The notes: generated by a model from the sequence alone, not told the origin. Counted from the stretch's first letter, positions 31,271 to 42,662 are shown. The stretch: DNA of 64,000 nucleotides from a bacterium (GCA_963681965.1 OY820579.1:2240001-2304000); one strand, 5' to 3'. Numbers and translations: made by a program.

Positions 31271-32086
31271 TTACGTCAGTTTCGGAAACGAACGCTTCCC
31301 GTAGATTTCGCCTAACTTGCGCAACTGTTCCGCTTCTTCGGTCTGAAACCCTTCGTGCCTGCGGACAATCGGTTCGCGATCCCACTTCGAACCGCGCTTC
31401 GTGAATGTCGAGATACAATCGACACAAATCGGTTTATCGAAGAAGCGCGCTCCGCCCCATGCGAACTGCTCTTGCGCAATCACATTCAGCCCGACTTTCT
31501 CACACAATCCGCGGAAAATCTGGGCATCCATTTCTGCCGATCGCCATCCCGGATTGACACTTTCCGCTTCCCAGATCTCCTTTGGTAATCCCGCTAGCCC
31601 GCGCCGGACGTATTCTGCGAGATTCGAGTGGTGGAAGAATCCGACTCCGTCCGATGTCAGCTTTTTCGAGACCTGAATCAAGTAGGAGATAATTACATCG
31701 CTCTCGCAATGTACCAGCGAATCGAAACTGATGATGAAGTCGAAAGCAGCATCCGGTACCATTTCCAGTGATTTGCCATCATTCACAAAGTATTGTATAT
31801 GCTTATCTTGGGTGAACTTTCCTTGGCAGACTTCGATACAATTCGGACTTAAATCCACCAGATACAATTCTTTACACATGTCTTTCAGGTATTGGGTGAT
31901 TCTGCCATGTCCCGGAGCGATCTCGAGAATACGCGGTACCGGCAAAAAGTTATGGAGACGGGGCAATAACGAACCATACCAGAGCATTTCCGACCCACCC
32001 CAACACCCCGACCAACTCTCACCCTCGCGATATTTCGTCCAGTCCGCTTCGTCCCACACCCGCAAATTGTCTTGAATCGATGGCAT
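31271..32086 (-). CDS. Class I SAM-dependent methyltransferase
   Basis: ILEIAPGHGR motif I, LVDLS, FDFIISFDSLVH. Confidence 0.9.
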   Translation of the reverse strand: MPSIQDNLRVWDEADWTKYREGESWSGCWGGSEMLWYGSLLPRLHNFLPVPRILEIAPGHGRITQYLKDMCKELYLVDLSPNCIEVCQGKFTQDKHIQYFVNDGKSLEMVPDAAFDFIISFDSLVHCESDVIISYLIQVSKKLTSDGVGFFHHSNLAEYVRRGLAGLPKEIWEAESVNPGWRSAEMDAQIFRGLCEKVGLNVIAQEQFAWGGARFFDKPICVDCISTFTKRGSKWDREPIVRRHEGFQTEEAEQLRKLGEIYGKRSFPKLT

Positions 32087-32216
32087 TTTACCGTTCCTCT
32101 CCCGGAGAATAATTGATTATTCGAACAATTATGGTGCATTGGATCAAGTTCTATGCCATTTCCATGGTTATTCATAGATATTGGTTCCCATGTCTAAGTG
32201 AACCTATTATCTATTG

Positions 32217-32710
32217 GTAGCGGCGGACTTTAGTCCGCTTTCAGTTATTTTATTCGTAGTAGCGTATAGTATACGCCGATGGATCAATCATGAACGCACC
32301 GTTGTTACAAGAATGGCGGACTAAAGTTCCCCGCTACCAATCTTTTCCCCCATCACCCAAAACCCACTACCTACCACCCATCCTGTCGGTGGCGCAAGAG
32401 TCCGAGCATCATCTTTTCCGTAGGTCAGAACTTGTTCTGACCACTTTTTGTTTTTTTTCTCTCTTTTCCTACCACCCACCACCTATTCCCTACCACCCAT
32501 CATTTCCGTATGTCGGAATTTATTCCGACTCCTCTTGTGTCCCTCAAACACGGGCGGACGCGGGAATCCGTCCATACAGGATACAAGATTCAGGAAAAAC
32601 GCAGGCTGAAGCCTGCGGCTACGCCCAAGACAGAAAAAAAAAGCGGACTAAAGTCCGCCGCTACCCTTCTTTTCCCCATCACCTACTACCCACCACCCAC
32701 CACCCATCCT
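32217..32710. repeat. Intergenic palindrome and heptamer mosaic
   Basis: Multiple REP-like families and CCACCCA-type heptamers. Confidence 0.85.
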
Positions 32711-32758
32711 TATGGCACTGCCTTTGCTCCATTACTGGTAAGAATGAAGGGGATCACT

Positions 32759-35700
32759 ATGTCGGAACATCAGCCGGTCATCACCATCGGTATCACCAAT
32801 TTCAACCGGGAAAAATATCTCGCGTTGGCAATCCAAAGCGCACTCGATCAGGAGACAACCGTCCCGTATGAAGTGCTGCTGGTCGACGACGGTTCTACCG
32901 ACCGCTCGGTGGAAATTGCCCGAATGTTTGAGGATCCTCGACTGCGGATCGTGGAAAAACCGCACACCAATGCTCCCGACACCCGCAATCGCTGTATTGC
33001 CGAGATGCGTGGCGAATGGTTGCTCTGGCTCGATTCCGACGACCTGCTCCTGCCCGATGCCGTCACTCATTTGTGGGAAGTAGTTCAGCGCTATCCAGCC
33101 GTAGACGTCATATACGGCGATTTGGTCACTACCGATGCCGATCTCAAAGAAACCGGGATCATCCACTACGAAAGTTGGCGCGGGCATAACGAAGAACTGC
33201 TGAAAACAATGCTGACCAAAAACGCGATCCCCAATCCCGGAACAATGATTTCGAAACGGATGTTCGAGCAGCATGGCGGGTACGATCTGAATTTTAGTCG
33301 TGGTCACGATTACGAGTTTTGGTCGCGACTTGCTGGCGATGCCAATTTCGAGCATACTCCTCATGTCACCTATGCCTGGCGACTGCACGAGGGGAGTATG
33401 ACGCCGCCATCGCAGGCAGGCGATAAATCGCGACGGATCTCCGAAACACTGGTCGTACGATCGATGCTGGAACGTTATCCGATGCAACGGCTATTCCCCG
33501 AACTGCAATGGAGCAATCCCGATAAAGCGCTGCGACGCGCATGGGAACTCGCATCGTGGTTGCCGATGATTTCCTGTAATGAAGAGGCAGTGGCGTGGTG
33601 CTATTCGAAAATTCAGGAACTCCCGACCATTACCAGTTCGAAAGCGGCACTGCGCATTCTTCATGTCGGCTGGGGGTATTACTCGAAGGATCTGAATAAA
33701 TCCGGTCTGGTCGTTTACAATCACCGGTTGGCGCAGGCTCAACGCGCGCAGGGAAACGAAGTCGCTTGTTTTGTCGCCGGCGATCTGCGCAACAGTGCGA
33801 CCAATGAACCGTTTGTTACACAGCGTCAAATCGAAGAAGTACGCTACTATATCGTCGGCAATCGCCCGGTCGTATACAACGATTTTTCCTTTCCGGAACG
33901 CGAGATCCACAATCCACCGATTGCGACACTATTCCGTCAGACGATCGATAATTGGCGACCGGATGTCGTCCATTTCCACAATCTCGTCGGTCTCGGGATG
34001 TCGCTCCCGGCTGTGGCAAAAGCGGCGGGTGTCAAAACCGTAATGACTGTGCACAATTTCTGGTTACCCTGCCCGCGCGGAAATTTAATCAGAGCCGATT
34101 TCACGCGCTGCGACGGTCCCGGTGACGGTCTGCAATGCGCTGCTTGTGTCGGCGCGATCCCGCAAGCGGCACCGCGCTTTCAGCACCGATTGATGGTAGC
34201 GCAAAAAACCGTCGGTGAGCAGATCGACAAATTCCTCGCGGTATCGCAACGGGTTATCGATCTCTATCGCCAATTCGGTTTCGAACGCAATCAATACGAT
34301 GTGGCAATCGCATCGGATTCTGCGACACAGTTGTGGGAAACGCAGGGCGAGTTGCGAACACGGTCGGCATTTCGGATTCCGTTGCGCTTTGCCTATTTCG
34401 GCACGATCCAGCCGATCAAAGGTCTCGATGTCCTCTTGCGGGCAATATTGAAGTTGCAGGAGCTGCGTCGCACCGAACGCAATTCCGGAGATGAGACCGC
34501 AAAACCGACATTCTTGAATGAAAAGATTGCGACCAAACCGACGAAGATCGAATTGTCGATCTTTGGTTTGATTACCGATCAGGAGTATGGGAAGATCGTG
34601 AACCGGATGATTCCGCAAATCGATCCGGAATTTGTTTCGGTGCATGTCCATGGCGAATATCAGCCTGATGAAGTTGGTGCACTGTTGGCAAAGGTCGATG
34701 TGGTGATCTCGCCGTCGACTTGCGAAGATTGTGCGCCACAAGGGGTGATGGAAGCGCTTGGTGCCGGTGTGCCGGTGATTGGATCGCGGATTGGCGGCAT
34801 CCCCGGATTGATGAATGGGACGATGGGCGGGTGGTTGTTCGATGCCGGCGATGCCGAAGGATTGGCGAAAATCATTGCCGAATTGATCGACAATCCGCGC
34901 GAAGTAGAATTCAAACGTCGGGTGTTGTTGCCGCCGAAACCGTTTGCGGAGCATGTCGAGGAATTAGATCGTTGCTATCGTGAATTACTTGGCTACAATT
35001 TCGAAGAAATGAAACCGGTGACGATTCCGTTGATGGGACAACACCGCGAGTTACCGCAGGAATTGAGCCGGAAAACGATTTTCGTCTATTCCTGGGATTC
35101 CCCGGAGAATGCCTGTGCCAAGCTGCGGATCTGGGATCCGATGCAACGCACGAAGCGGTGGGATATGGTAAATGCACACAAAATTCTCAATAACCGCCAT
35201 TCCGAATTTATTCTCGACCCGAAACCGTCGATGGTGATTGTGCAGCGGCAATTCCCGATTGTGGTTTCGCGTGCCGGCGAACAATTGCGCAACCGACTTA
35301 CCGATTGGCATCGCGAAGGGGTGCCGTTCACCTACGATATCGACGACGACTTCTTCACGTTGTCGGCGAACAATCCGAATTTTGTGTTCTATCAGCGCTT
35401 CCCGCAAGCGTTTTTCCAGACGATACCGTGGTATGTCAAGATGACGACATCCACTGAAGTATTGGCGGAACGGATGAAACGATTTGGTGTTCCGATCGAG
35501 GTACTCCCGAATCAATTGGATGAGACCTTGTGGCATTTGGAAGCATCCGATCCAATACCGGAGCATGATGAAGATAGTCCGATCGTGATTGGGTGGATGG
35601 GTACACCGACCCACGAAGAGGATTTGAATCCGATCCTGCCGATTTTGGAAAATGTGTTGCGCGATTATGCCGGTCGAATAATTCTCCAATTCCACGGTTG

Positions 35701-36166
35701 GTGTCCACCCGGTTGGCGCAAGCGCGAAGGAATTCGCTTTGTCGAAGGATTGAATCCACATTATGCCGATTTCGTGCGACGCTTTCGTGAACATCCACCG
35801 GAGATTGCATTGGCACCACTCTCGCCGATGGCATTCAACTTATCGAAGAGCGATATCAAGTTCCTCGAATATGCTGCTGTCGGTGCCGTCGGGTTGTATG
35901 CCGATTTGCCGCCCTATTCCGGAACGGTGAAGCATCGCGAGAACGGGTATCTGCTGCCGACGAACGACTTCACTCAGTGGGATGCTGCATTGCGAGAATT
36001 GATTGAGGATCGTGCGCAGCGACGTGAATTGGCTGCGAACGCGTATCGTTATGTGAAAGCCGAACGAACATTGGCAACGCAGGCGATTCGCTGGGAAAAT
36101 ATTTATCGCAGCGTCGAGAGTATGATTGCGAAACCAATATCCGATACCGAGCGCATCGCAATTTAG
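32759..36166 (+). CDS. Multidomain glycosyltransferase (GT2 + GT4 + GT-B-like)
   Basis: VDDGSTD and LDSDD (GT-A); PDVVHFHN, KGLDVL, EALGAGVPVIGSRIGG (GT4); YDIDD, IGWMGTPTH, FNLSKSDIKFLEY; GAAGGGGA RBS before ATG 32759. Confidence 0.9.
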   Translation: MSEHQPVITIGITNFNREKYLALAIQSALDQETTVPYEVLLVDDGSTDRSVEIARMFEDPRLRIVEKPHTNAPDTRNRCIAEMRGEWLLWLDSDDLLLPDAVTHLWEVVQRYPAVDVIYGDLVTTDADLKETGIIHYESWRGHNEELLKTMLTKNAIPNPGTMISKRMFEQHGGYDLNFSRGHDYEFWSRLAGDANFEHTPHVTYAWRLHEGSMTPPSQAGDKSRRISETLVVRSMLERYPMQRLFPELQWSNPDKALRRAWELASWLPMISCNEEAVAWCYSKIQELPTITSSKAALRILHVGWGYYSKDLNKSGLVVYNHRLAQAQRAQGNEVACFVAGDLRNSATNEPFVTQRQIEEVRYYIVGNRPVVYNDFSFPEREIHNPPIATLFRQTIDNWRPDVVHFHNLVGLGMSLPAVAKAAGVKTVMTVHNFWLPCPRGNLIRADFTRCDGPGDGLQCAACVGAIPQAAPRFQHRLMVAQKTVGEQIDKFLAVSQRVIDLYRQFGFERNQYDVAIASDSATQLWETQGELRTRSAFRIPLRFAYFGTIQPIKGLDVLLRAILKLQELRRTERNSGDETAKPTFLNEKIATKPTKIELSIFGLITDQEYGKIVNRMIPQIDPEFVSVHVHGEYQPDEVGALLAKVDVVISPSTCEDCAPQGVMEALGAGVPVIGSRIGGIPGLMNGTMGGWLFDAGDAEGLAKIIAELIDNPREVEFKRRVLLPPKPFAEHVEELDRCYRELLGYNFEEMKPVTIPLMGQHRELPQELSRKTIFVYSWDSPENACAKLRIWDPMQRTKRWDMVNAHKILNNRHSEFILDPKPSMVIVQRQFPIVVSRAGEQLRNRLTDWHREGVPFTYDIDDDFFTLSANNPNFVFYQRFPQAFFQTIPWYVKMTTSTEVLAERMKRFGVPIEVLPNQLDETLWHLEASDPIPEHDEDSPIVIGWMGTPTHEEDLNPILPILENVLRDYAGRIILQFHGWCPPGWRKREGIRFVEGLNPHYADFVRRFREHPPEIALAPLSPMAFNLSKSDIKFLEYAAVGAVGLYADLPPYSGTVKHRENGYLLPTNDFTQWDAALRELIEDRAQRRELAANAYRYVKAERTLATQAIRWENIYRSVESMIAKPISDTERIAI

Positions 36167-36172
36167 TTTTAA

Positions 36173-36512
36173 GTAGGGGCGGGCTCCCATGCCCGCCCGT
36201 TTTTGTATTTTTTTTTTCTTGCAGTACTGCCGATCTCCGAATCGGCATTCTTTCACAGTAGGGGCGACCCTCCGCGGTCGCCCATTTTTGTGTCTTTTTT
36301 TATCCTCTCCCACCACCCAATACCTATCACCCACCACCTATCTTTTCCGTGGGTCGGAATTTATTCCGACTCCTCTTGCGTCCGAAAAAGATGCGGGCGA
36401 CCGCGGAGGATCGCCCCTACTACAAGATACATGATTCAAAAAACGCATGCTGAAGCCTGCGGCTACAAAGAAAACAGAAATAAAAAAAGCGGACTAAAGT
36501 CCGCCGCTACCA
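36173..36512. repeat. Intergenic palindrome mosaic
   Basis: Includes an inverted pair at 36258-36283 / 36395-36420 and four other families. Confidence 0.85.
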
Positions 36513-36528
36513 AAATCTGAATACACAC

Positions 36529-36562
36529 AAAAAAAATCGCGGGGTCGTTACAACCCCGCGAT
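36529..36562 (-). terminator. Intrinsic terminator
   Basis: Minus strand ATCGCGGGGT-loop-ACCCCGCGAT plus T run, just after the stop at 36583. Confidence 0.85.
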
Positions 36563-36582
36563 CTTCGATGAGATGACTGAAC

Positions 36583-39500
36583 TTAATTCTGAATCGTGCC
36601 GTGTGCGCTCAATTGATTCAGAACTTCCGATGCGGGCGTGCCCTGCGGAATATTCCGAATAATTCGATCGAACGTATCGCCGTCGCCTAACCATGCCTTC
36701 ACCTGATAGTGCATCGACGGGCTGTGACGAACTACGCCGAGATGCTGCGCAACTGTAGCCGACGTGGTAAAGGTCAAGAAGTAGTAGGAAGCTTCGTTAT
36801 ACGGATTCGATGCATTGAATAGCACCAGATAACGGGCGACCGATACCGGGAAATTGTTCACCGATTGCGTCACCGGGCTCCAGCTCAACGATGCATCATC
36901 CACGGCGGTATTCACAATCAGGTTAGCCGGTGCTTGCGGCGTCGTCTTGCCACTGCCGGTTACTTCGACTGTGAAGGTGTCGATATCGACGCCATTCGCA
37001 ATGAACTTAAACGTAGCAGTCTTCGTTCCGGCACCTTGCGGTTGGAAATTAATCGAAGCGCTGACGCTGCCATTCGCTGGAATAGTCGGATCGGCTGGCA
37101 TCGTTACCGTGAAATCGGCATTCGCGCCAGTGGCAGTAACCGGAGTCAATGAGACATTACCGGTATTTGCCAACATGATGTTTTGACTGGTGCGGTTCCC
37201 TGCTTCGGTTAGGTCAAACGAAACTGTCGAAGTCGCTACCCGGAAGTATGCACCGTTACCGGTACCCGTCAACGGAATGGCAATTGCCGTGTACGGCGAG
37301 CTGAACGTGATGTTCAGCGTATCGTAAACAGATGCAATCGAGTCGGGGGTAAAGGCGATCCGGAACCGCAATGAGTCCGTACCGGTCGCAGTTGAATCGC
37401 TGTTCGACAACGTCACCGTGAACCGCGGATTGTTGTGAGTAAAGGTCAATGCCTTAATCGATAATTGACTGCGGCTGGCAACTGCCACCGTTTGATTCGA
37501 GGAAGTCGTACCTACCGGAATGCCACTGTAAGTCAACGTCGCCGGATTGTAGGATACACTTGGATTCGCCCGGATCGTGAAACTGGTCGAAGAGATGCGA
37601 TAGATCCACGGATAGTTGACCGCACGGATACGAATGCGGGCATTCGTCGTGACCGGTCCCGTGATATTCCACAACACTATCTGCTGCGACGAGGGGAATG
37701 TTCCAATCGTTTCCCAGGCACCCGACGAGAAGTTGCGATTCATTTCAATTAACACGTTACCCGGAACATTCGAAACCGACCACTTGATCGTATCGCCGGA
37801 CAACACGTTGAATACTTCGCCGCCAATCGGCTTCGACATATTGATGGCACGCGAAGAGATGCGGAAGTTCGTATCGGAGATATCGGTCGCAATCGGATAA
37901 CTGACACTTCGGATGCGGACGCGCGCAGTCGTTGTCGTCGATCCTGCCGGTACGGGATAGGACAGTTGTCCCGCCGAAGCTGCTACTGTACCGATCGTAT
38001 TGAATGTGCCGGTCGGATAGCTGGTGTTCAATTCGACCACCACATTCCCCGTCACGTTCGCTGACGTCCACCGTACTGTGGTCGTATCGTAGATGTACCA
38101 GTATTCGACGGCGTTGGGACTCGTCACGGTAATCGTGCGTGCCGCTAACGTCAAGTTGCCGCTGGTGGAATCCATCAGGGTCGGATAGGCAATACTGGAA
38201 ATACGATACCGGAAATTGGTTACCGGTGTGCCAGTCAATGTCCAGATAAAACGCTGGTTGGATGCTGCAGTCGAACCGATAATTTGCCACAATCCGGCAG
38301 GATAGTTGTTGTTGTATTCCACCCGAACGTTACCGGTTAAACCGACCTGACTCCAGCGAACGGTATCGGCATCGCCAATATACCGGGTCGCCCCTGCAGC
38401 CGGTTCAAGATAAGTCAGCGAGCGATCCAAAACAGCCGTGTTCGCCGCGGTTTCCGCTGTCTGCGGATACGTTAATGATCGGACGCGGAAACGGGTATTG
38501 GTCGAAGCCGGTCCGGTGATTTGCCACGGGAATTGCAGATCGCTGTAAGTCGCAGTTCCGACATATTCCCAGGTTCCCGATGGATAGTTGCGATTAATTT
38601 CAATTGTCACTGCGCCTAGCAAACGCGTGCCAGTCCAAGCGATCGTCAGCGAATCGCCGGTGAACAGGGTATCGTTGCCCGCAGGGGTCGTCATGGCAAC
38701 ACTACCCAACAAGTCGAAGGTCAACAAGTCGCGGTTCGTGCCGTCGGTGCGCATGGCATAGAGCACGTAATCGTTGCGATACATCGAAACGATTTGACCG
38801 GATGATTGATAAAAACTGTCAACTGGAGTAATGCTGTTGAGATTGGAAATATCGTAGGTAATAATCCGATTTTGGTTCGTTCCTACATTCACGCCGAGGT
38901 ACATGTAGTTACCGTCAATGCAATAAGAAGTCGGATATCGTGCCAATCGGGCAATCAATACCGGAGCGATTGGAACCGAAACATCCCATACCAAAATACC
39001 TTGATATGTTCCCGAATTGACCTGCATATACAGGCGATTGCCTTCCAAATGCAACTGAATCGGGATCACATTCAATGTGTCGATTGAGGCTGCCAATGCC
39101 GGTTGTGCGGGATTGGTCTTGGTAAATACTTTAAAACCGTTGTCGTGCGAGCAAACCACGAGGTTGTTATTGGCATCGATACTATTCCAGTTGCCGGTAC
39201 CGTCGTTGTAAGTCGCAGTCACGGTCGGCGAATTCAACGTCGTTACGTTGACAGTTCGCATTCCGTAATATCCACCGGCTACATACAGGTAGTTGCCAAA
39301 TTTCACCATGTTCTGCGCATCGTTCGCACCAGTCTGCGAGCCCGATTGCGTCGGCGACGGATAGTTCGTACCAGCCATATTGTAGGTGCGGATACCGGCG
39401 GTATTCACTGCGGAATAGCCGTTATTACCGTCGTTGATGAATTGGAAGTACGACAAAGTAGTACTGGTGTAGTACCGGTTGAAACTAATATTGTCCGGTG

Positions 39501-39726
39501 GGGTCGCATTGTAAATACTAATGCGGTTCCCATTACAGACATATAGATAGTTGGTTGCTGTACGATTCGAAATCGAGAAGAATTGACCGTACCCGTAATT
39601 GGGCGAGCTGCTACCGGATAGATTCTCGACACCGATGTAATAAAGGTGTTGTGAGAATGAAAGTGATGACAGGAGCAGGATGAATAAAATGGACAGGAAG
39701 AATGCACGCGTACGCAATAGGGACAT
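36583..39726 (-). CDS. Large secreted/surface protein: LVIVD-like propeller, repeated Ser/Thr-rich Ig-like domains, ASH-like Ig domains and an FN3-like C-terminal domain
   Basis: Signal peptide from ATG 39726 (GGAGG RBS); NYLYVA/VWDVSVP repeats; four PxGG..IxW..V.IE.N..YP.G.W repeats. Confidence 0.75.
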   Translation of the reverse strand: MSLLRTRAFFLSILFILLLSSLSFSQHLYYIGVENLSGSSSPNYGYGQFFSISNRTATNYLYVCNGNRISIYNATPPDNISFNRYYTSTTLSYFQFINDGNNGYSAVNTAGIRTYNMAGTNYPSPTQSGSQTGANDAQNMVKFGNYLYVAGGYYGMRTVNVTTLNSPTVTATYNDGTGNWNSIDANNNLVVCSHDNGFKVFTKTNPAQPALAASIDTLNVIPIQLHLEGNRLYMQVNSGTYQGILVWDVSVPIAPVLIARLARYPTSYCIDGNYMYLGVNVGTNQNRIITYDISNLNSITPVDSFYQSSGQIVSMYRNDYVLYAMRTDGTNRDLLTFDLLGSVAMTTPAGNDTLFTGDSLTIAWTGTRLLGAVTIEINRNYPSGTWEYVGTATYSDLQFPWQITGPASTNTRFRVRSLTYPQTAETAANTAVLDRSLTYLEPAAGATRYIGDADTVRWSQVGLTGNVRVEYNNNYPAGLWQIIGSTAASNQRFIWTLTGTPVTNFRYRISSIAYPTLMDSTSGNLTLAARTITVTSPNAVEYWYIYDTTTVRWTSANVTGNVVVELNTSYPTGTFNTIGTVAASAGQLSYPVPAGSTTTTARVRIRSVSYPIATDISDTNFRISSRAINMSKPIGGEVFNVLSGDTIKWSVSNVPGNVLIEMNRNFSSGAWETIGTFPSSQQIVLWNITGPVTTNARIRIRAVNYPWIYRISSTSFTIRANPSVSYNPATLTYSGIPVGTTSSNQTVAVASRSQLSIKALTFTHNNPRFTVTLSNSDSTATGTDSLRFRIAFTPDSIASVYDTLNITFSSPYTAIAIPLTGTGNGAYFRVATSTVSFDLTEAGNRTSQNIMLANTGNVSLTPVTATGANADFTVTMPADPTIPANGSVSASINFQPQGAGTKTATFKFIANGVDIDTFTVEVTGSGKTTPQAPANLIVNTAVDDASLSWSPVTQSVNNFPVSVARYLVLFNASNPYNEASYYFLTFTTSATVAQHLGVVRHSPSMHYQVKAWLGDGDTFDRIIRNIPQGTPASEVLNQLSAHGTIQN

Positions 39727-40069
39727 CAGTGCCTCCAGAACGAGATTTAGCGAGATAACAGAATTACTATCTCTAGACACACTATTGAAGATCGAGGTTT
39801 AAGTAACGATCCATTTGCAGTAACTTTACCGCTTACCGCAGCCAATTCGCACTCAATGACCTCTTCGAGCGAGTTCGAACCCGCTCGGGTATGGTTAACA
39901 AATCACAAACTTCAATATACCGTGGAACCTGTCATGTGACAATCGAATTCGAAAAAAATCGAATTTTCTAACTGAATCGGCAGGAATGATTGATTTCAAC
40001 CCAAAAAAATAACGCCCGAATTGTACGATAGGCATGATACAATCCGAGCGTTAAATATCTGAATTTATT

Positions 40070-41002
40070 CTATTTCTGCAATAACTGTTTAAAATAGGCT
40101 ATCGTATTGTCAACACCTTCATTTAATTTGATCGACGGTTCCCAATTCAAATAGCGATGTGCTTTCGAAATATCCGGACAACGTTGCCGTGGATCGTCGG
40201 TCGGGAGTGGTTCGAAGACGATCTTCGAGGGGCTGTGAATTTTCGAAATGACCAATTTGGCGAAATCGAGGATCGTAAATTCTTCGGGATTTCCAATATT
40301 GATCGGACCGTTGGTTTCAGTCTGATCCATCAACTTGATCAGACCCGTGATCAAGTCGTCGACATAGCAGAAACTGCGGGTTTGGTTACCCTGTCCGTAA
40401 ATCGTGATGGGTGCGCCATTTAACGCTTGTACGATGAAATTGCTGACGACGCGACCGTCATTCACTGCCATCCGTGGTCCGTAAGTGTTGAAAATACGGG
40501 CAATCCGGATATCGACGTTGTTCTGACGTTTGTAGTCCATCATCAAACATTCTGCTGCGCGCTTCCCTTCGTCGTAACAACTACGCGGACCGATCGGATT
40601 GACGTGTCCCCAATACTCTTCGGTCTGGGGGTGGATCTCCGGGTCGCCGTATACTTCGGATGTCGATGCAAGCAGGATTCTGGCGCGTACCCGCTTTGCC
40701 AATCCGAGCATATTGATCGTGCCGATCACATTGGTCTTGATCGTCTTGACCGGATTGTAGTTGTAATGGATCGGCGATGCGGGGCAGGCGAGGTGATAGA
40801 TCTGATCGACTTCGAGCAAGATCGGTTCGACGACGTCGTGCCGGATCAATTCGAAATGGTCGTTGTGCAACAGGTGGCGGATATTCGCTTTCGAACCGGT
40901 GAAGAAGTTGTCGAGACAGACGACATCGTCGCCTCGGGCAAGCAACTGGTCGCAAAGATTCGATCCGAGAAATCCGGCACCGCCGGTGACTAAGATGCGC
41001 AT
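40070..41002 (-). CDS. UDP-glucuronic acid decarboxylase (UDP-xylose synthase)
   Basis: [51 protein letters not shown]. Confidence 0.95.
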   Translation of the reverse strand: MRILVTGGAGFLGSNLCDQLLARGDDVVCLDNFFTGSKANIRHLLHNDHFELIRHDVVEPILLEVDQIYHLACPASPIHYNYNPVKTIKTNVIGTINMLGLAKRVRARILLASTSEVYGDPEIHPQTEEYWGHVNPIGPRSCYDEGKRAAECLMMDYKRQNNVDIRIARIFNTYGPRMAVNDGRVVSNFIVQALNGAPITIYGQGNQTRSFCYVDDLITGLIKLMDQTETNGPINIGNPEEFTILDFAKLVISKIHSPSKIVFEPLPTDDPRQRCPDISKAHRYLNWEPSIKLNEGVDNTIAYFKQLLQK

Positions 41003-41172
41003 AGTTCGATCCTATTCTGATTGGACACGGATAATATACTAAATTTCCAGCGAATGAAACCGGTTTCATTTTATAGCAATTGACGGGTATCCATGAATCT
41101 TTTATTCTCTTGTAGAGGAGTATCCCCGCAAGCCCCAGTTCTTCTTCACTTTTCGTTATCCTTTATCCTAGA

Positions 41173-41560
41173 GTAGGGGCGGGTCCCCGCGCCCGCCCGA
41201 TCTTGTATCTTCTTTTCATCTTTCCCCTAACACCTACCACCCATTACCCAACACCCATTTTGTTGATTTGTCGTTGCGAGGAAAACCTTGCGGCAGCGAA
41301 GCGGCAAGGTTTAGCGAACACCTTTGAATCTTGTAAATGTCAGGTTCGCAACACAGCGAAGGAACGTGCGCAGCACTTCCGAAGCGAAGAGACGAAGCAA
41401 TCTATCTTTTGTAGCCGCAGGCTTTAGACTGCGCTCTTGAATCTTTTTTATCATTTCCCAACACCCATCACCTTTTCCCTACTACCCATCCATTCCGTGG
41501 GTCGGAATTTATTCCGACTCCTCTTGTGGTAGGGACGTTCTTACACGTCCGCCCGATGAG
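41173..41560. repeat. Palindrome mosaic including an expanded GTCGTTGCGAGG element
   Basis: The element at about 41264-41403 carries two extra hairpins inserted after GAGGA. Confidence 0.8.
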
Positions 41561-41580
41561 GCGATGCAGTCTCTTATTTT

Positions 41581-42516
41581 GTAGGTCAGAACTTGTTCTG
41601 ACCACCTCTTGTGTCCAAAATTGATGCGGGCGGGCGCGGGGACCCGCCCTTACTGGAAAATTTGTACGATCGTATTGCTGTAGGTCAGAACTTGTTCTGA
41701 CCACCTCTTGTGTCCAAAAATGATGCGGGCGGGCGCGGGGACCCGCCCCTATTGGAAAATTTGTACGATCTTATTGCTGTAGGTCAGAACTTGTTCTGAC
41801 CACCTCTTGTGTCCAAAAATGATGCGGGCGGGCGCGGGCGCCCGCCCCTACTGGAAAATTTGTACGATCGTATTGCTGTAGGTCAGAACTTGTTCTGACC
41901 ACCTCTTGTGTCCAAAATTGATGCGGGCGGGCGCGGGGACCCGTCCCTACTGGAAAATTTGTTCGATCTTATTGCTGTAGGTCAGAACTTGTTCTGACCA
42001 CCTCTTGTGTCCAAAAATGATGCGGGCGGGCGCGGGGACCCGCCCCTACTGGAAAATTTGTACGATCATATTGCGGTAGGTCAGAACTTGTTCTGACCAC
42101 CTCTTGTGTCCAAAAATGATGCGGGCGGGCGCGGGGACCCGCCCCTATTGGAAAATTTGTACGATCGTATTGCTGTAGGTCAGAACTTGTTCTGACCACC
42201 TCTTGTGTCCAAAAATGATGCGGGCGAGCGCGGGGACCCGCCCCTACTGGAAAATTTGTACGATCATATTGCGGTAGGTCAGAACTTGTTCTGACCACCT
42301 TTTGTGTCCAAAAATGATGCGGGCGGGCGCGGGGACCCGCCCCTATTGGAAAATTTGTACGATCGTATTGCTGTAGGTCAGAACTTGTTCTGACCACCTC
42401 TTGTGTCCAAAAATGATGCGGGCGGGCGCGGGGACCCGCCCCTATTGGAAAATTTGTACGATCGTATTGCTGTAGGTCAGAACTTGTTCTGACCACCTCT
42501 TGTGTCCAAAATTGAT
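41581..42516. repeat. Tandem array of a 99-bp BIME-like unit (nine full copies plus one partial)
   Basis: GTAGGTCAGAACTTGTTCTGACC starts at 41581, 41680, 41779, 41878, 41977, 42076, 42175, 42274, 42373 and 42472; each full unit also has an inverted GGGCGGGCGCGGGGACCCGCCCCTAC; linkers are near-identical. Confidence 0.96.
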
Positions 42517-42612
42517 CGGGCGGGGCGGGGACAGAGGATACAAGAAAGAAAAACACAGGCTGAAGCCTGCGGCTACGTTAGTCAAATACGCGGACATTAG
42601 TTCGCCGCTACG

Positions 42613-42640
42613 AAAAAACGGCACATCGGATGATGTGCCG
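42613..42640 (-). terminator. Intrinsic terminator
   Basis: Minus strand CGGCACATC-loop-GATGTGCCG plus T6. Confidence 0.8.
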
Positions 42641-42662
42641 CTGAAAAATTCATCGGGAAGAA

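Noticed and set aside
32510-32758. N-terminal ORF extensions (glycosyltransferase; similarly nuoG, tnaA, tig, 55687-55941 and 61029-61304)
   Set aside because: They run through repeats, intergenic DNA or overlapping genes; downstream ATGs with an RBS, translational coupling or family-typical N-termini fit better.
39866-39887. Riboswitch upstream of the large secreted protein
   Set aside because: Only one isolated hairpin (CGAGCGAGTTCGAACCCGCTCG); no known aptamer motif recognised.
41581-42516. Possible CRISPR array
   Set aside because: The sequence between palindromes is near-identical in every unit, so there are no unique spacers, and no cas genes are in the window.
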